Below, piece by piece: positions 31,520 through 41,609 of a stretch of 64,000 bases of DNA (position 1 is its first letter; each line of letters begins with the position of its first letter). The position numbers were made by a program, and so were the translations under genes. The DNA lies in NCBI GenBank assembly GCA_963714975.1, contig CAVQQD010000002.1, positions 352,001 to 416,000 of the forward strand, written 5' to 3'. The notes under the pieces are model-generated. The model saw only the letters and a list, made by a program, of their open reading frames with translations, was not told where the DNA came from and did no database searches. The stretch is from an uncultured Gammaproteobacteria bacterium. Lineage in GTDB: Bacteria > Pseudomonadota > Gammaproteobacteria > JAURND01.

Positions 31520-33337
31520 ATGTCATCACAAACTAAACTGGAAACCAAACCCAAATCACCGACCCAGCTGATTCGACCGGATGGTGCTACAACAGTATTC
31601 CTTAACATTCCCTACAGCGAGTTATCTTTTGATGATAAAAACCAGCCCTTAGGCAAAGGTGTTCATGGCAAAGTATATAAAGGAACGTGGGATTATAATC
31701 CTGTAGCTATTAAGGAATATGACACGCAAGACTTTTCTGAGAAAACCCAAAGGGAAATTCGTACAGAAGCAACTGTAATGGTGCAAGCCAGCACCCAATC
31801 CGATTATTTAGTGCGGTTAAAAGGCATGAGTTTAGAGAAACCGCATTATTGTTTAGTGATGGAGTATATGCCTGGTGGTGATTTATACCATTACCTACAC
31901 AGCGATCAGGATATTTCCTGGAACATCCGGTACCGCATTGGTTTGGATATCAGCATTGGCTTGCATCATTTACACAGTAGAAAAATTTTGCATCGTGATT
32001 TAAAAAGTTTTAATGTCCTACTCGATAGCAATGGTCGTGCTAAGTTAGCGGATTTTGGCTCAGCGACCATTAAAACTTGTTCTACAGCAAGTACAAGCTT
32101 TAAAGGCACCATATTGTGGGCTGCACCTGAAACGTTCACAGATGAACCTACCCAAAAATCAGATGTCTACAGTGCTGGCATGATCTTGTGGGAACTGGCT
32201 AGTCGTGAAATTCCTTACAAGAAAGCGGGAAGTATGGCAGGGATGTGGATTATGCAAGGAAAAAGGGAAACTTTTCCACCAGATACTCCTACAGAATTTC
32301 AGGCCATAGCTGAAGATTGCTGGCAAGCCCCTGAAAAACGTCCTGAGGCTAAGGTATTAGCCAAACAACTCGATCAATTATGGCAAGCTGCTCAAAAGAG
32401 TGAAATAAAAGAAAAAGCGGCACCACCTAGTACTAGCCCCAGCTCTTCTGTTGGAAAAAAACTAAATGATGGTAGCCAATTTGCCCCTACTCAACCCATC
32501 GACATTAAGACACCTAAAAAAACAGAAGAAAAAGAAAGCATCCACTTTATGGCGCAATCCGGCCTGATGACGCATCAATCCACCGTTGCGACGCAGACCT
32601 CGACGAGCACTACCCCCTCCCTACATGCCAGTCAACCGGCATTCTTTGGTGGAGCTAGTAGCTCTTCTAGCACCACATCGAGTGAAGTCAAAATAAAAAC
32701 AGCTCCTCTGGATGAAAAAAAGCGCCAACAATTGATGCCACTACAAAATGAATTAATCATGGCTTGTGAAAATGGCAGTTTGGCGAAAGTGAAAGTCGCC
32801 ATCGCTAAAGGGGCCTTAGTGGATTTACCCAATGCCCAAGGTAAAAATCCTCTGTATTGTGCGGTGTATGGCATGAATCCTGAAGTAGTGAATTATGTCA
32901 TTGCGCAATGGAGTAAAAATGTTTCCGCCAATTCGTGGCAAGCGTGTGAAGAACACAACAGAAAATACTATGGACAAACTTTTTTAAACATGAAATTTGC
33001 GCCTGTTACTTACAAAAATTGGTATGATTTACTAGAGAAGATCAAACATAATGAATTTTTGGCGGGGTATCATCTCACACAGGCGCGGAAGTATTATCCA
33101 GAGGCTAAGAAAGTAGCAGACTTCGAGGACTTCATGATCATTATCTGGAGCGGGCAAGACGCTCAAATCGGAAGGCAGGGGCGTCATGATCAGTTGGGAT
33201 ATGCGTTCGCGTGGCAATCTCAGACTGAAAGAGGATTTGCAAGTTACCGGAATCAAATTAAGCAGGCGATGGAGGGATTACAGGCTGTACAAACTAATCA
33301 GTCAGTGAGTATGACTGGTAGTACGAGTACGAATTAG
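31520..33337 (+). CDS. Eukaryote-like (TKL-type) Ser/Thr kinase with a C-terminal ankyrin-like module
   Basis: GKGVHG, VAIK, HRDLKSFN, DFG, APE, DVYS; start MSSQTKLE with AAGGAG RBS. Confidence 0.92.
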   Translation: MSSQTKLETKPKSPTQLIRPDGATTVFLNIPYSELSFDDKNQPLGKGVHGKVYKGTWDYNPVAIKEYDTQDFSEKTQREIRTEATVMVQASTQSDYLVRLKGMSLEKPHYCLVMEYMPGGDLYHYLHSDQDISWNIRYRIGLDISIGLHHLHSRKILHRDLKSFNVLLDSNGRAKLADFGSATIKTCSTASTSFKGTILWAAPETFTDEPTQKSDVYSAGMILWELASREIPYKKAGSMAGMWIMQGKRETFPPDTPTEFQAIAEDCWQAPEKRPEAKVLAKQLDQLWQAAQKSEIKEKAAPPSTSPSSSVGKKLNDGSQFAPTQPIDIKTPKKTEEKESIHFMAQSGLMTHQSTVATQTSTSTTPSLHASQPAFFGGASSSSSTTSSEVKIKTAPLDEKKRQQLMPLQNELIMACENGSLAKVKVAIAKGALVDLPNAQGKNPLYCAVYGMNPEVVNYVIAQWSKNVSANSWQACEEHNRKYYGQTFLNMKFAPVTYKNWYDLLEKIKHNEFLAGYHLTQARKYYPEAKKVADFEDFMIIIWSGQDAQIGRQGRHDQLGYAFAWQSQTERGFASYRNQIKQAMEGLQAVQTNQSVSMTGSTSTN

Positions 33338-33741
33338 CCGACGAGATTCACCAAGGAGTGAACCGTCGCAGATAATTCGTGGCTTGCCAAAAAAATATTC
33401 TGTAATCCTGCCACGCACCAGGGCTTAAATTTGACCGCATATTGCCGAAGTCGAGAGGGACTTGTCTTTTGCTCTTTTGAGCTCGAAAATGTGCTTTTTA
33501 CTCTTCCAAAAACCGCATCCCTTCCGGCCAAGACAAGCCAAATTCGTCAACGCCAATTCTACAGGTATTGCTCCAAAGCACACTGCGATGTAATTTTTTG
33601 ACCACCTAAATTTTTTCTCGATTCAGGTTTACTTAAACTACCTCGATTGATATGCTACGTTCCTTGCATTTATTCTTAATCCCTAGATTAGTTATCTGCT
33701 GCGACTCCGACTCCAATTAATACAACAAGGGAGAGTGTCCC

Positions 33742-36420
33742 ATGTCATCACAAACCAAACTTGAAATCAAACCTCCATCCTCCACGCAACTAATTCAATC
33801 GGATGGCGCCGTGTCAATTTCTTTTAACATTCGCTACAAAGATTTATCTTTTGATAATAGAGACAATCCCTTGGGTGAGGGTGCTTATGGAAAAGTTTAT
33901 AGAGGGAAATGGGATTTTAATACCGTAGCCATTAAGGAATACACTGCACAAGATTTTTCTGAGAAAACTCAAAAAGAAATCCGTACGGAAGCTTCTGTCA
34001 TGGCACAAGTCAGTACTACGTCTGATTATTTGGTGCGTCTCAAAGGTATGAGTTTAGAAAAACCCCATTATTGTTTGGTGATGGAGTATATGGACGGTGG
34101 CGATTTGTACCATTATTTGCACAGTAATCGAGATATTTCATGGGAGGCCCGTTATCGTTGGGGTTCGGATATTTGTATTGGCTTGCATCATTTACACAGC
34201 AAAGAAATTTTGCATCGGGATTTAAAAAGTTTAAATGTGTTGCTTGACAGTAATGGTCGCGCTAAGTTGGCTGACTTTGGTATGGCAACCATTAAAGCCA
34301 GCTCTTCGGTAAGTACGAAAGGAGGTTTTAAAGGTACTTTGTTATGGGCTGCTCCCGAGCTATTTAAGCCACGTAGTAAACCCACTAAAGCCGCCGATGT
34401 TTACAGTCTTGGCATGGTACTTTGGGAATTAGCCAGTAGAGAAATCCCATTTAAAGGTGCAGGAAATATGGCGACTGCTTGGATTATGCAAGGCACCCAA
34501 GAAGAAGTACCCGAAGATACTCCCCCTGAATTTAAAACGATGATTCTCGATTGTTGGCAAGCGCCTGAAAAGCGTCCCGAGGCTAAAGTATTGGCCGGAC
34601 AGCTCGATCAATTATGTCAAACCGCTCAAAAAACTGAATTAAAAGAAACAGTGGCGTCATCGAGTACCAGTCCCAGTTCTTTTGGTAAAAAACTGAATGA
34701 TCTATTTGCCCCTATTCCGCTTATCAGCCAATTGACCCTTAAACCCATTGATATTAAGACAGCTAAGAAAACAGAAGAAAAAGAAATAGCTCACTTTATG
34801 GCGCAATCCAGCTTGATGACGCATCAATCCTCTGGTACAACACAAGTCTCGACGACTGCTCCTTCTCTACATGCCAGTCAACCGGCGTTTTTTGGCGGAG
34901 CCAGTAGCTCTTCTAGCACTTCAACCAGTGAAGCCAAAACAAAAGTAGTTCCCTTGGATGAAAAAAGTCGCCAACAATTGATGCCGCTACAAAATGAATT
35001 AATTCAAGCTTGCGAAAATGGTAGTTTAGCGAAAGTTAAGGCCGCCATTGGCAAAGGGGCTTTAGTCGATTTACCCAACGAACAAGGTAACAACCCGCTG
35101 TATTGTGCCGTGTATGGCATGAATCCTGAGGTAGTGAATTATGTCATTGCACAACTTGGTGAAAATGCTCCTGCCAATTCTTGGCAAGCGTGTGAAGAAC
35201 ATAACAAAAAACACTATGGACAAACCTATTTAAACATGAAATTTGCGGATGACTTATTGATAAAAACTGAATCCAATGAATTTTTAGCGGAATATCATCT
35301 AGTTCAAGCACGAAAAATGATGAAAGATGAGACCAATAAGCATTGTGAGACTTTTGATGCTTTCAAACAGCGGAAGAATGAGGGACGCCGTATTACGTGG
35401 TTGACCGATTATCGAGATCTCGATGGGCGGGTCACACAGATGACAGAGACGGGGTATGAAGTTTATAGAAATCAAATTAAGCAGGCGATGGAGGGATTAC
35501 AGGTGGCACAAATCGGTCAGTTGGTTGGTAAAAAACTGAATGATCCATTTGCCCCTATTCCACCCGTTGATAACAGCCACTTTTACCTCATCGATATTAA
35601 GACACCTAAAACAGAAGAAAAGGAAAGCACCCGCTTTATGACGCAATCCAGTGTGGTGACGCAACAATCCTCTGCTACAACACAAGTCTCGACGACTGCT
35701 CCTTCTCTACATGCCAGTCAACCGGCATTTTTTGGTGGAGGTAGTAGTTCTTCTAGTACTACATCGAGTGAAGACAAAATCAAAGAGGTTCCATCGGATG
35801 AAAAGAAGCACCAGCAATTGATGCCACTACAAAATGAATTAACCACTGCCTGCGAAAATGGCAGCTTAGCGAAAGTTAAGGCCGCCATTGGCAAAGGGGC
35901 CTTAGTGGATTTACCCAATGCCCAAGGTAAAAATCCTCTGTATTGTGCCGTGTATGGCATGAATCCTGAAGTAGTGAACTATGTCATTGCGCAACGAAGT
36001 GAAAATGCGCCTGCTTCTTGGCAAGGTTGTGAAGAGCACAACAAAAAACACTACGGACAAATCTTTTTAAACATGGAATTTGCGCCTGTCTATTACCAAA
36101 ATTGGCACGATTTACTGTTGAAGATTAAATCTAATGATTTTTTGGCAGACTATCATCTTAAACAGGTTCAAAAGTATTGTGATAAGAAAAACGCTGATTG
36201 GTACACAAGCTTGGAGCGATTGATAGAATGGTTGGGGCGGTGGGACCTAGTGTCACCAGGGTATTGGGTGGAGTCGATTCCTAGTTCGTGGGCTGCGGTG
36301 CGCAACACTGAGCTAGGGTACCAGGTTAACAGGAGCCAAATTAAGCAAGCAATTGAGGGGTTACAGGCGGCGCAAACCAATCAGTCAGTGAGTATGACTG
36401 GTAGTACGAGTACGAATTAG
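33742..36420 (+). CDS. Paralogous TKL-type kinase with two tandem C-terminal ankyrin-like modules
   Basis: GEGAYG, VAIK, HRDLKSLN, DFG, APE; GKKLND...QIKQA.EGLQ module present twice. Confidence 0.92.
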   Translation: MSSQTKLEIKPPSSTQLIQSDGAVSISFNIRYKDLSFDNRDNPLGEGAYGKVYRGKWDFNTVAIKEYTAQDFSEKTQKEIRTEASVMAQVSTTSDYLVRLKGMSLEKPHYCLVMEYMDGGDLYHYLHSNRDISWEARYRWGSDICIGLHHLHSKEILHRDLKSLNVLLDSNGRAKLADFGMATIKASSSVSTKGGFKGTLLWAAPELFKPRSKPTKAADVYSLGMVLWELASREIPFKGAGNMATAWIMQGTQEEVPEDTPPEFKTMILDCWQAPEKRPEAKVLAGQLDQLCQTAQKTELKETVASSSTSPSSFGKKLNDLFAPIPLISQLTLKPIDIKTAKKTEEKEIAHFMAQSSLMTHQSSGTTQVSTTAPSLHASQPAFFGGASSSSSTSTSEAKTKVVPLDEKSRQQLMPLQNELIQACENGSLAKVKAAIGKGALVDLPNEQGNNPLYCAVYGMNPEVVNYVIAQLGENAPANSWQACEEHNKKHYGQTYLNMKFADDLLIKTESNEFLAEYHLVQARKMMKDETNKHCETFDAFKQRKNEGRRITWLTDYRDLDGRVTQMTETGYEVYRNQIKQAMEGLQVAQIGQLVGKKLNDPFAPIPPVDNSHFYLIDIKTPKTEEKESTRFMTQSSVVTQQSSATTQVSTTAPSLHASQPAFFGGGSSSSSTTSSEDKIKEVPSDEKKHQQLMPLQNELTTACENGSLAKVKAAIGKGALVDLPNAQGKNPLYCAVYGMNPEVVNYVIAQRSENAPASWQGCEEHNKKHYGQIFLNMEFAPVYYQNWHDLLLKIKSNDFLADYHLKQVQKYCDKKNADWYTSLERLIEWLGRWDLVSPGYWVESIPSSWAAVRNTELGYQVNRSQIKQAIEGLQAAQTNQSVSMTGSTSTN

Positions 36421-36552
36421 CCGACGAGGTTTGAGCTCGAAAATATGCTTTTTACTCTTCCCAAAACCGCATCCCTTCCGGCCAGGATAAGCCCAATTCG
36501 CTAACCCCATGATGGATACAGCCGCTCAGTGGTTCAATGAGTAATACATTTT

Positions 36553-37950
36553 TCATGGGTAAGTTTCCTGTTGTTGGAAGGGAATGAACAGAGTGAAGAT
36601 GCTGCCTTGATTAAGTGTGCTTTCTACTCGAATTTCACCGCCTAACTCGGTTAAAAATTGTTTCACAAGACTTAATCCCAGTCCCTTGCCTTCATACTGC
36701 GCTTGATAGGAAGGAGTGAGGCGATGAAAGGGTTCAAAGATTTTCTGGCGTTGCTCTGCAGGAATACCGATGCCGCTGTCGCTTACGGTAAAACGAATTA
36801 ACCACTGGTGTTCACGTTCAGACTCAACCGCGGTTTGTAGGCGCACAAACCCTTGGGGCGTGAATTTGATCGCATTGGCGAGAACATGTAGCAAAATTTG
36901 CTGGGTGCGCAGCCGATCACCACAAACGCTGGTGGGCAGAGACTGGGTCACTTCCCAGGTAAAATGTAATTGCTTGGCTTGAGCGGTCGGCGCTAGCATC
37001 GCATAGGTGGTTTGCACCAGGGCCGGTAAATCAAAGGCCGCTTGACTTACCAGGGTCCTGGCTGTGGAGCGTACATAGTCTAAAATTTCATTGAGATGAG
37101 TGAGTAAGGCCTCAGCTGAATCCATGATGCATTGCAGACCGATTTTCCGTTCCGCATTTTCCTCGTTTAAAGCCAGGGTTTCGGTCATGGTCACCAGACC
37201 ACAAAACGGCGTCCGTAAATCGTGGCTGATATTGTGCAGAAAATCGTCTTTGGCTTGCAGGGCTTGCAACAACGCCTTTTCGGCTTCGATGCGGGCGGTA
37301 ATATCAATTGAAACGCCCGCCATTCCTACAATTTGACCGCGACGCCGCAACGGCACTTTGTGAGAGAGAAAAATCGCTTCGCGGCCATTCGGCAACAGGG
37401 CGGGCTCTTCGACAATTTGTGCTTCGCCGGTGCGCATAATGGTTTGATTGAGCGCATCTAAAGTTTCGGGTAATTGCCCGGCATTGATATTCCAGGGTAA
37501 ATCGCTATTACGTTTGCCGACAATGTCTTCACGCGAGACCAGACCTGCGGATTCGGCTTGCTGATTATTGCAGCCTAAATACCGCCCTTTACGATCAATC
37601 CAATACAAATGTTCTGGCATGATGGCTAATAAATTATCGAGTAATTCGTATTGGTCCTGCAGCGAAGCAGGGGGCGGACGCTGTCGATAGGCGAGAATGC
37701 TCCCAATCACTGCGCCACAGGTGAACATGCTGAAGATATAACCCCACACCAACCACCAATCTCGTTGCAAAAAACCGTGCCAAACAATTGTCGCTTGAAT
37801 TAGCCAAAAGCCGACAAAGGTCAGCAAGGAAACTTCTTGAGCAGTTTTTTCTTTGAGGATTTTGATAAATTGCGGAATAAACTGTAGGGCATTGATAAAA
37901 AGCGCAGAGCTCAATAACAGATCAGAAAGAGCAGGGAAGTTCAGTAGCAT
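36553..37950 (-). CDS. Sensor histidine kinase: PQ-loop (SemiSWEET-like) membrane domain, PAS, HisKA, HATPase
   Basis: FIPQFIKILKEKTAQEVSLLTF; YWIDRKGRYLGCN; NISHDLRTP; NAIKFT, DSGIGI, GLGLS. Confidence 0.9.
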   Translation of the reverse strand: MLLNFPALSDLLLSSALFINALQFIPQFIKILKEKTAQEVSLLTFVGFWLIQATIVWHGFLQRDWWLVWGYIFSMFTCGAVIGSILAYRQRPPPASLQDQYELLDNLLAIMPEHLYWIDRKGRYLGCNNQQAESAGLVSREDIVGKRNSDLPWNINAGQLPETLDALNQTIMRTGEAQIVEEPALLPNGREAIFLSHKVPLRRRGQIVGMAGVSIDITARIEAEKALLQALQAKDDFLHNISHDLRTPFCGLVTMTETLALNEENAERKIGLQCIMDSAEALLTHLNEILDYVRSTARTLVSQAAFDLPALVQTTYAMLAPTAQAKQLHFTWEVTQSLPTSVCGDRLRTQQILLHVLANAIKFTPQGFVRLQTAVESEREHQWLIRFTVSDSGIGIPAEQRQKIFEPFHRLTPSYQAQYEGKGLGLSLVKQFLTELGGEIRVESTLNQGSIFTLFIPFQQQETYP

Positions 37951-37963
37951 CGAATAGGCTCCT

Positions 37964-38716
37964 CTAAGTTAGCTTAGGTTCAACGGGAGGTAAGGACATA
38001 AAGCGTTGCGGCTTGAACTGCTTGCGCTGCTTAAACTTAATCGCGATCGGATGTAATAAATCGGGATAGCGTGGAAGTAAGAATTGTTGATGGGTATAAG
38101 TCATCGCCGCATTGCGTGGGCTGGGGTAGATTTCATAATGGCACTGCAATTCCGGCCATAAACAAAGCGCAGTGCATTCTTCCAGGACATAATCTCGGCA
38201 TAACTCTTGGGCACGGGCGTAATTAAATTGTCTCAGTATTTCAGGGGACAAACGTGGGGTGTAGCGCTGTAAAAAAGTGCGGATCGTGCTATGAATGGCT
38301 TGTTGATAGGCCGGGTATTGGGTCACTAAATAGTTGACGCGTCGAAAAGTGGCGGGATAACGCGGATGAGTTAACCAATAATCCCACTGCACTATTTTAA
38401 GCTGCGGTAACTGTTCATAAACAATTTGATTGCGCGCTAACCAGGCTGCGCCTGCTTGCTGCGTAGTCGCTACAAAATCCTCAGCTCGAAGCATAGGGTG
38501 TAGTAATGCCAGAGTATGGCGCTGCAGGGTATCATCAATTAGCAAAGTGCAGCGTGCAAATTGCTGATGCACCAAAGCTACGGTGGCCGCAAAGGGTTCT
38601 CCTTCGTGCACTTCTTGACCGACGCTAATCGTCAGTAAACAATGCGCCTGATCGAAAGGAATGGGCGCGTGAATTGCGTCGTATTTGAAAATGGGTTTGA
38701 TTTTGTTCGGATTCAT
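37964..38716 (-). CDS. tRNA-dependent cyclodipeptide synthase, XYP subfamily
   Basis: TISVGQ (catalytic Ser), HEG, IDDTLQRH, WLARN, DYVLEEC (YxxxE), EIYP (YP); start taken as MNPNKIK. Confidence 0.75.
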   Translation of the reverse strand: MNPNKIKPIFKYDAIHAPIPFDQAHCLLTISVGQEVHEGEPFAATVALVHQQFARCTLLIDDTLQRHTLALLHPMLRAEDFVATTQQAGAAWLARNQIVYEQLPQLKIVQWDYWLTHPRYPATFRRVNYLVTQYPAYQQAIHSTIRTFLQRYTPRLSPEILRQFNYARAQELCRDYVLEECTALCLWPELQCHYEIYPSPRNAAMTYTHQQFLLPRYPDLLHPIAIKFKQRKQFKPQRFMSLPPVEPKLT

Positions 38717-39064
38717 CGGCGCGTTCCTGGGTTGATGCGATAAAAGCATCGAACCAGGTAAGCGGCAGCAGAGGATTTGGGTAGGTGATGGCGAAGCGAG
38801 GAAAATACAGCGTTACTTCGCCATACCTATTCTCCTCTGCTACTCGCTTACCCCTCGTCCACTGGATGAACACCCCCCAAAAACCTGGACACTCGTACCC
38901 CAAGTCCACAACACGCCGCGGACAATCGAAGAGTTTTCATGGGGTAAAAGCTTATTGATCCAGGTATACCACTTTTGCCTAGACCAACGCCAAGTGAAAA
39001 AATGGGTGAACATCAAGAAAAGAGTTTTGCACAAACGCACATTGCGATAAGCTTCCATCGTCAC

Positions 39065-41609
39065 GTGCGCCGTGGAGGCGCTAAACATTGAGTGTGATAA
39101 CAATCATTAGGATTGCTGGAATATCCTATATCTACCCAACTTATCCTTGCCTAGTAATAGGCTGGAATCTCGAAAGAGAAAGGGGAGTGTAGCATGTTGG
39201 GAAAAGACTTCTAATTTTAGAAATTATCTATAGAAGAGAGGTCAAGATAAGACGTGTAAGGTTAAGGTTGGATTACTTGAACCCTAGTTCTGACGGTTTT
39301 TACGTACAGGCACAGACGAAAGATAATTGAAACGTCTGTTTTAAATACATAGTAATCATTGTGACGGATTACCATGACCAGTTATTTAAACGTACCCTCA
39401 TACAAGGGATACGGAACGAACGGGGAACCTAACCACGCCGCTTCTCTGGTTTAGTGTAACCATGGGATTACCTAAGTTGGTGTGAAATATAACCAATAAG
39501 GTAACGGAGCTTCCATATTACCCTGTCACTTCTGTAATGGAAGTGGCTGATTACTGGGAAAGTAATACCGACATGGTTATAAGTTGGCAGTAATGTCAAT
39601 GAAAGACCCACTGTCTGGGGGGAAGGGAAGCAGCCTATTTTTCGTATTGAAATCTTATGAGAGGCTGTGCTGATGCTAGCCGCTACTACGATTAAGAGAA
39701 TAAATACACTAGGAATATTATCTAATAAAGGGAAACGTATAAATGGTCTTTTTAGACTCATGGAGAACCCTTGTCTGTGGATGCAGGCATACAGCAAAAT
39801 CTATGCCAACAAAGGTGCCACAACACCAGGAATAGATGGAAAAACACTGGATGGATTCTCCAAGGAACGTGTTGGCTATTTGATTGAGCAGCTCAAACAA
39901 GATCATTATCGGTTTAAACCAGCAAAACGAATATATATTCCAAAAGCGAACGGTAAACAGCGACCATTAGGTATACCTTCTGGAGATGATAAATTAGTTG
40001 CTGAAGTTGTCAGGATGATTCTGGAAAGAATCTATGAGCCGATATTTTGCAAGAACGCCCATGGATTCAGGCCAGGAAAATCCTGTCACACAGCACTAAG
40101 AGATATACAACATCAATGGACAGGCATGAAGTGGATCATTGATATGGATGTTCAAAGTTTCTTCGATAATATTGACCATGCAATACTCATTAGCCTTCTT
40201 AAAAATAAGATTGATGATAAGAGATTCATCAACCTTATTGAACTAATGCTGCAAGCAGGTTATGTCGAAAACTGGAAATTCCATAAAACGTACAGCGGTG
40301 CTGCCCAAGGAAGTGGTATTTCCCCATTGCTTGCCAACATCTACTTGCACGAACTGGATCAGTTTGTGGAGGAAATCCAAGTAGAATTTAACCGAGGAAA
40401 GAAACGAGCAAGCAGGAAGAAGTATGCTTGTATATCTACCACCCTCTCAAATCTAAGGAAAAAGGTGGATAACCTGAAGCAACAGGAAAATACGGAAGAA
40501 CAAATTCAGGTTATCAAATACCGAATTAAAGCCTTAGATTTAAAACAGAAGGAAACTGTGGCACTCGACCCCCTAGACCCGAACTTTAAAAGATTACGCT
40601 ACTGCCGATATGCAGATGACTTTGTAATTGGAATTATCGGTTCCAAACAGGATGCCATTACATTGCGAGATAAAATTCAAAAATTTATCGAAGCACAATT
40701 GCACCTGAACATTGCACCTGAAAAATCTTATATAGTACATGGTCAAAAGGGGGCTAGGTTTCTAGGCTATGACATACGGATATACTCCGATGATAAAATA
40801 GTCAAAACTATCAAAGGAGGGCGTCATTGTCGTGTGAGAAGTATGACGAACAAAATGCAGTTGCACATCCCGCACGAGAAAATCAAATCGTTCTGCAAGA
40901 GTAAAAAGTACGGAAACTATGGTATAACTAAAGCACGCCATAGACCAGAGTTACTCAACCTGAGCGACGCCGAAATTGTTGAAACCTATAACGCTGAGTT
41001 ACAGGGATTGGCGAATTACTATGCCCTATCCCAAAACTACTGGGATCTAAGCAAGATAGCGTGGATCTGGCAAAAGAGTTTATTAAAAACCCTAGCAGCC
41101 AAACACAAAACCACAAGTTATCGAATATGGAAGCAGCTGAAAACACCCAGTGGTTTAGCACTCACCGTTCGCAGTCCGAAGAAAATTCGCCTCTTTAAAA
41201 TTTTCAACATCAAGGACATCGATCGTGAAACCCCCATCTGGGGGGATGTTGATCAAAAGGCCAATACGAGGAGGTTTACATGGTGTAAAACTGAACTTAT
41301 AAAGCGGCTGAACGCAGAGCAATGTGAATATTGCGGGCAGCGCGACGGCAAGTTTGAAGTACACCATATCCGAAAATTGAGCGACATTAAAGATGGAAGG
41401 AAAATGTGGCAAATAATTATGGCAAGGAAAAAGAGAAAAACTCTTGTATTGTGTACCCTTTGCCATAAAAATCTACATACTGGTATACTCCCTGACTGGA
41501 GAAATCCTACACAAAAACGGGTGGAGAGCCGGATGAATTGAAAGGTTCAAGTCCGGTTCGGAGGGGGGGTGACGGGTTATCCTACGGGAGGCCTCGCTCC
41601 CTACCCTAC
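39065..41609 (+). mobile_element. Complete group II intron (IIA / ML-like)
   Basis: 5' GTGCG at 39065; EBS1 GTGACG (39361-39366) in a gtaatc/gattac stem pairs with IBS1 CGTCAC (39059-39064); domain V gagagccggatgaattgaaaggttcaagtccggttc; 3' end ctaccctac at 41609. Confidence 0.92.
39667..41541 (+). CDS. ltrA: Group II intron RT/maturase with HNH endonuclease
   Basis: RPLGIP, HGFRPG, AQGSGISPLLANIYL, RYADD, CEYC...EVHH...CTLCH. Confidence 0.95.
   Translation: MLMLAATTIKRINTLGILSNKGKRINGLFRLMENPCLWMQAYSKIYANKGATTPGIDGKTLDGFSKERVGYLIEQLKQDHYRFKPAKRIYIPKANGKQRPLGIPSGDDKLVAEVVRMILERIYEPIFCKNAHGFRPGKSCHTALRDIQHQWTGMKWIIDMDVQSFFDNIDHAILISLLKNKIDDKRFINLIELMLQAGYVENWKFHKTYSGAAQGSGISPLLANIYLHELDQFVEEIQVEFNRGKKRASRKKYACISTTLSNLRKKVDNLKQQENTEEQIQVIKYRIKALDLKQKETVALDPLDPNFKRLRYCRYADDFVIGIIGSKQDAITLRDKIQKFIEAQLHLNIAPEKSYIVHGQKGARFLGYDIRIYSDDKIVKTIKGGRHCRVRSMTNKMQLHIPHEKIKSFCKSKKYGNYGITKARHRPELLNLSDAEIVETYNAELQGLANYYALSQNYWDLSKIAWIWQKSLLKTLAAKHKTTSYRIWKQLKTPSGLALTVRSPKKIRLFKIFNIKDIDRETPIWGDVDQKANTRRFTWCKTELIKRLNAEQCEYCGQRDGKFEVHHIRKLSDIKDGRKMWQIIMARKKRKTLVLCTLCHKNLHTGILPDWRNPTQKRVESRMN

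Noticed and set aside
39667-41541. RT as a DGR, retron or CRISPR-associated RT acting on the kinase variable windows
   Set aside because: It has maturase and HNH domains and full group II intron RNA boundaries; no template repeat or avd gene was seen
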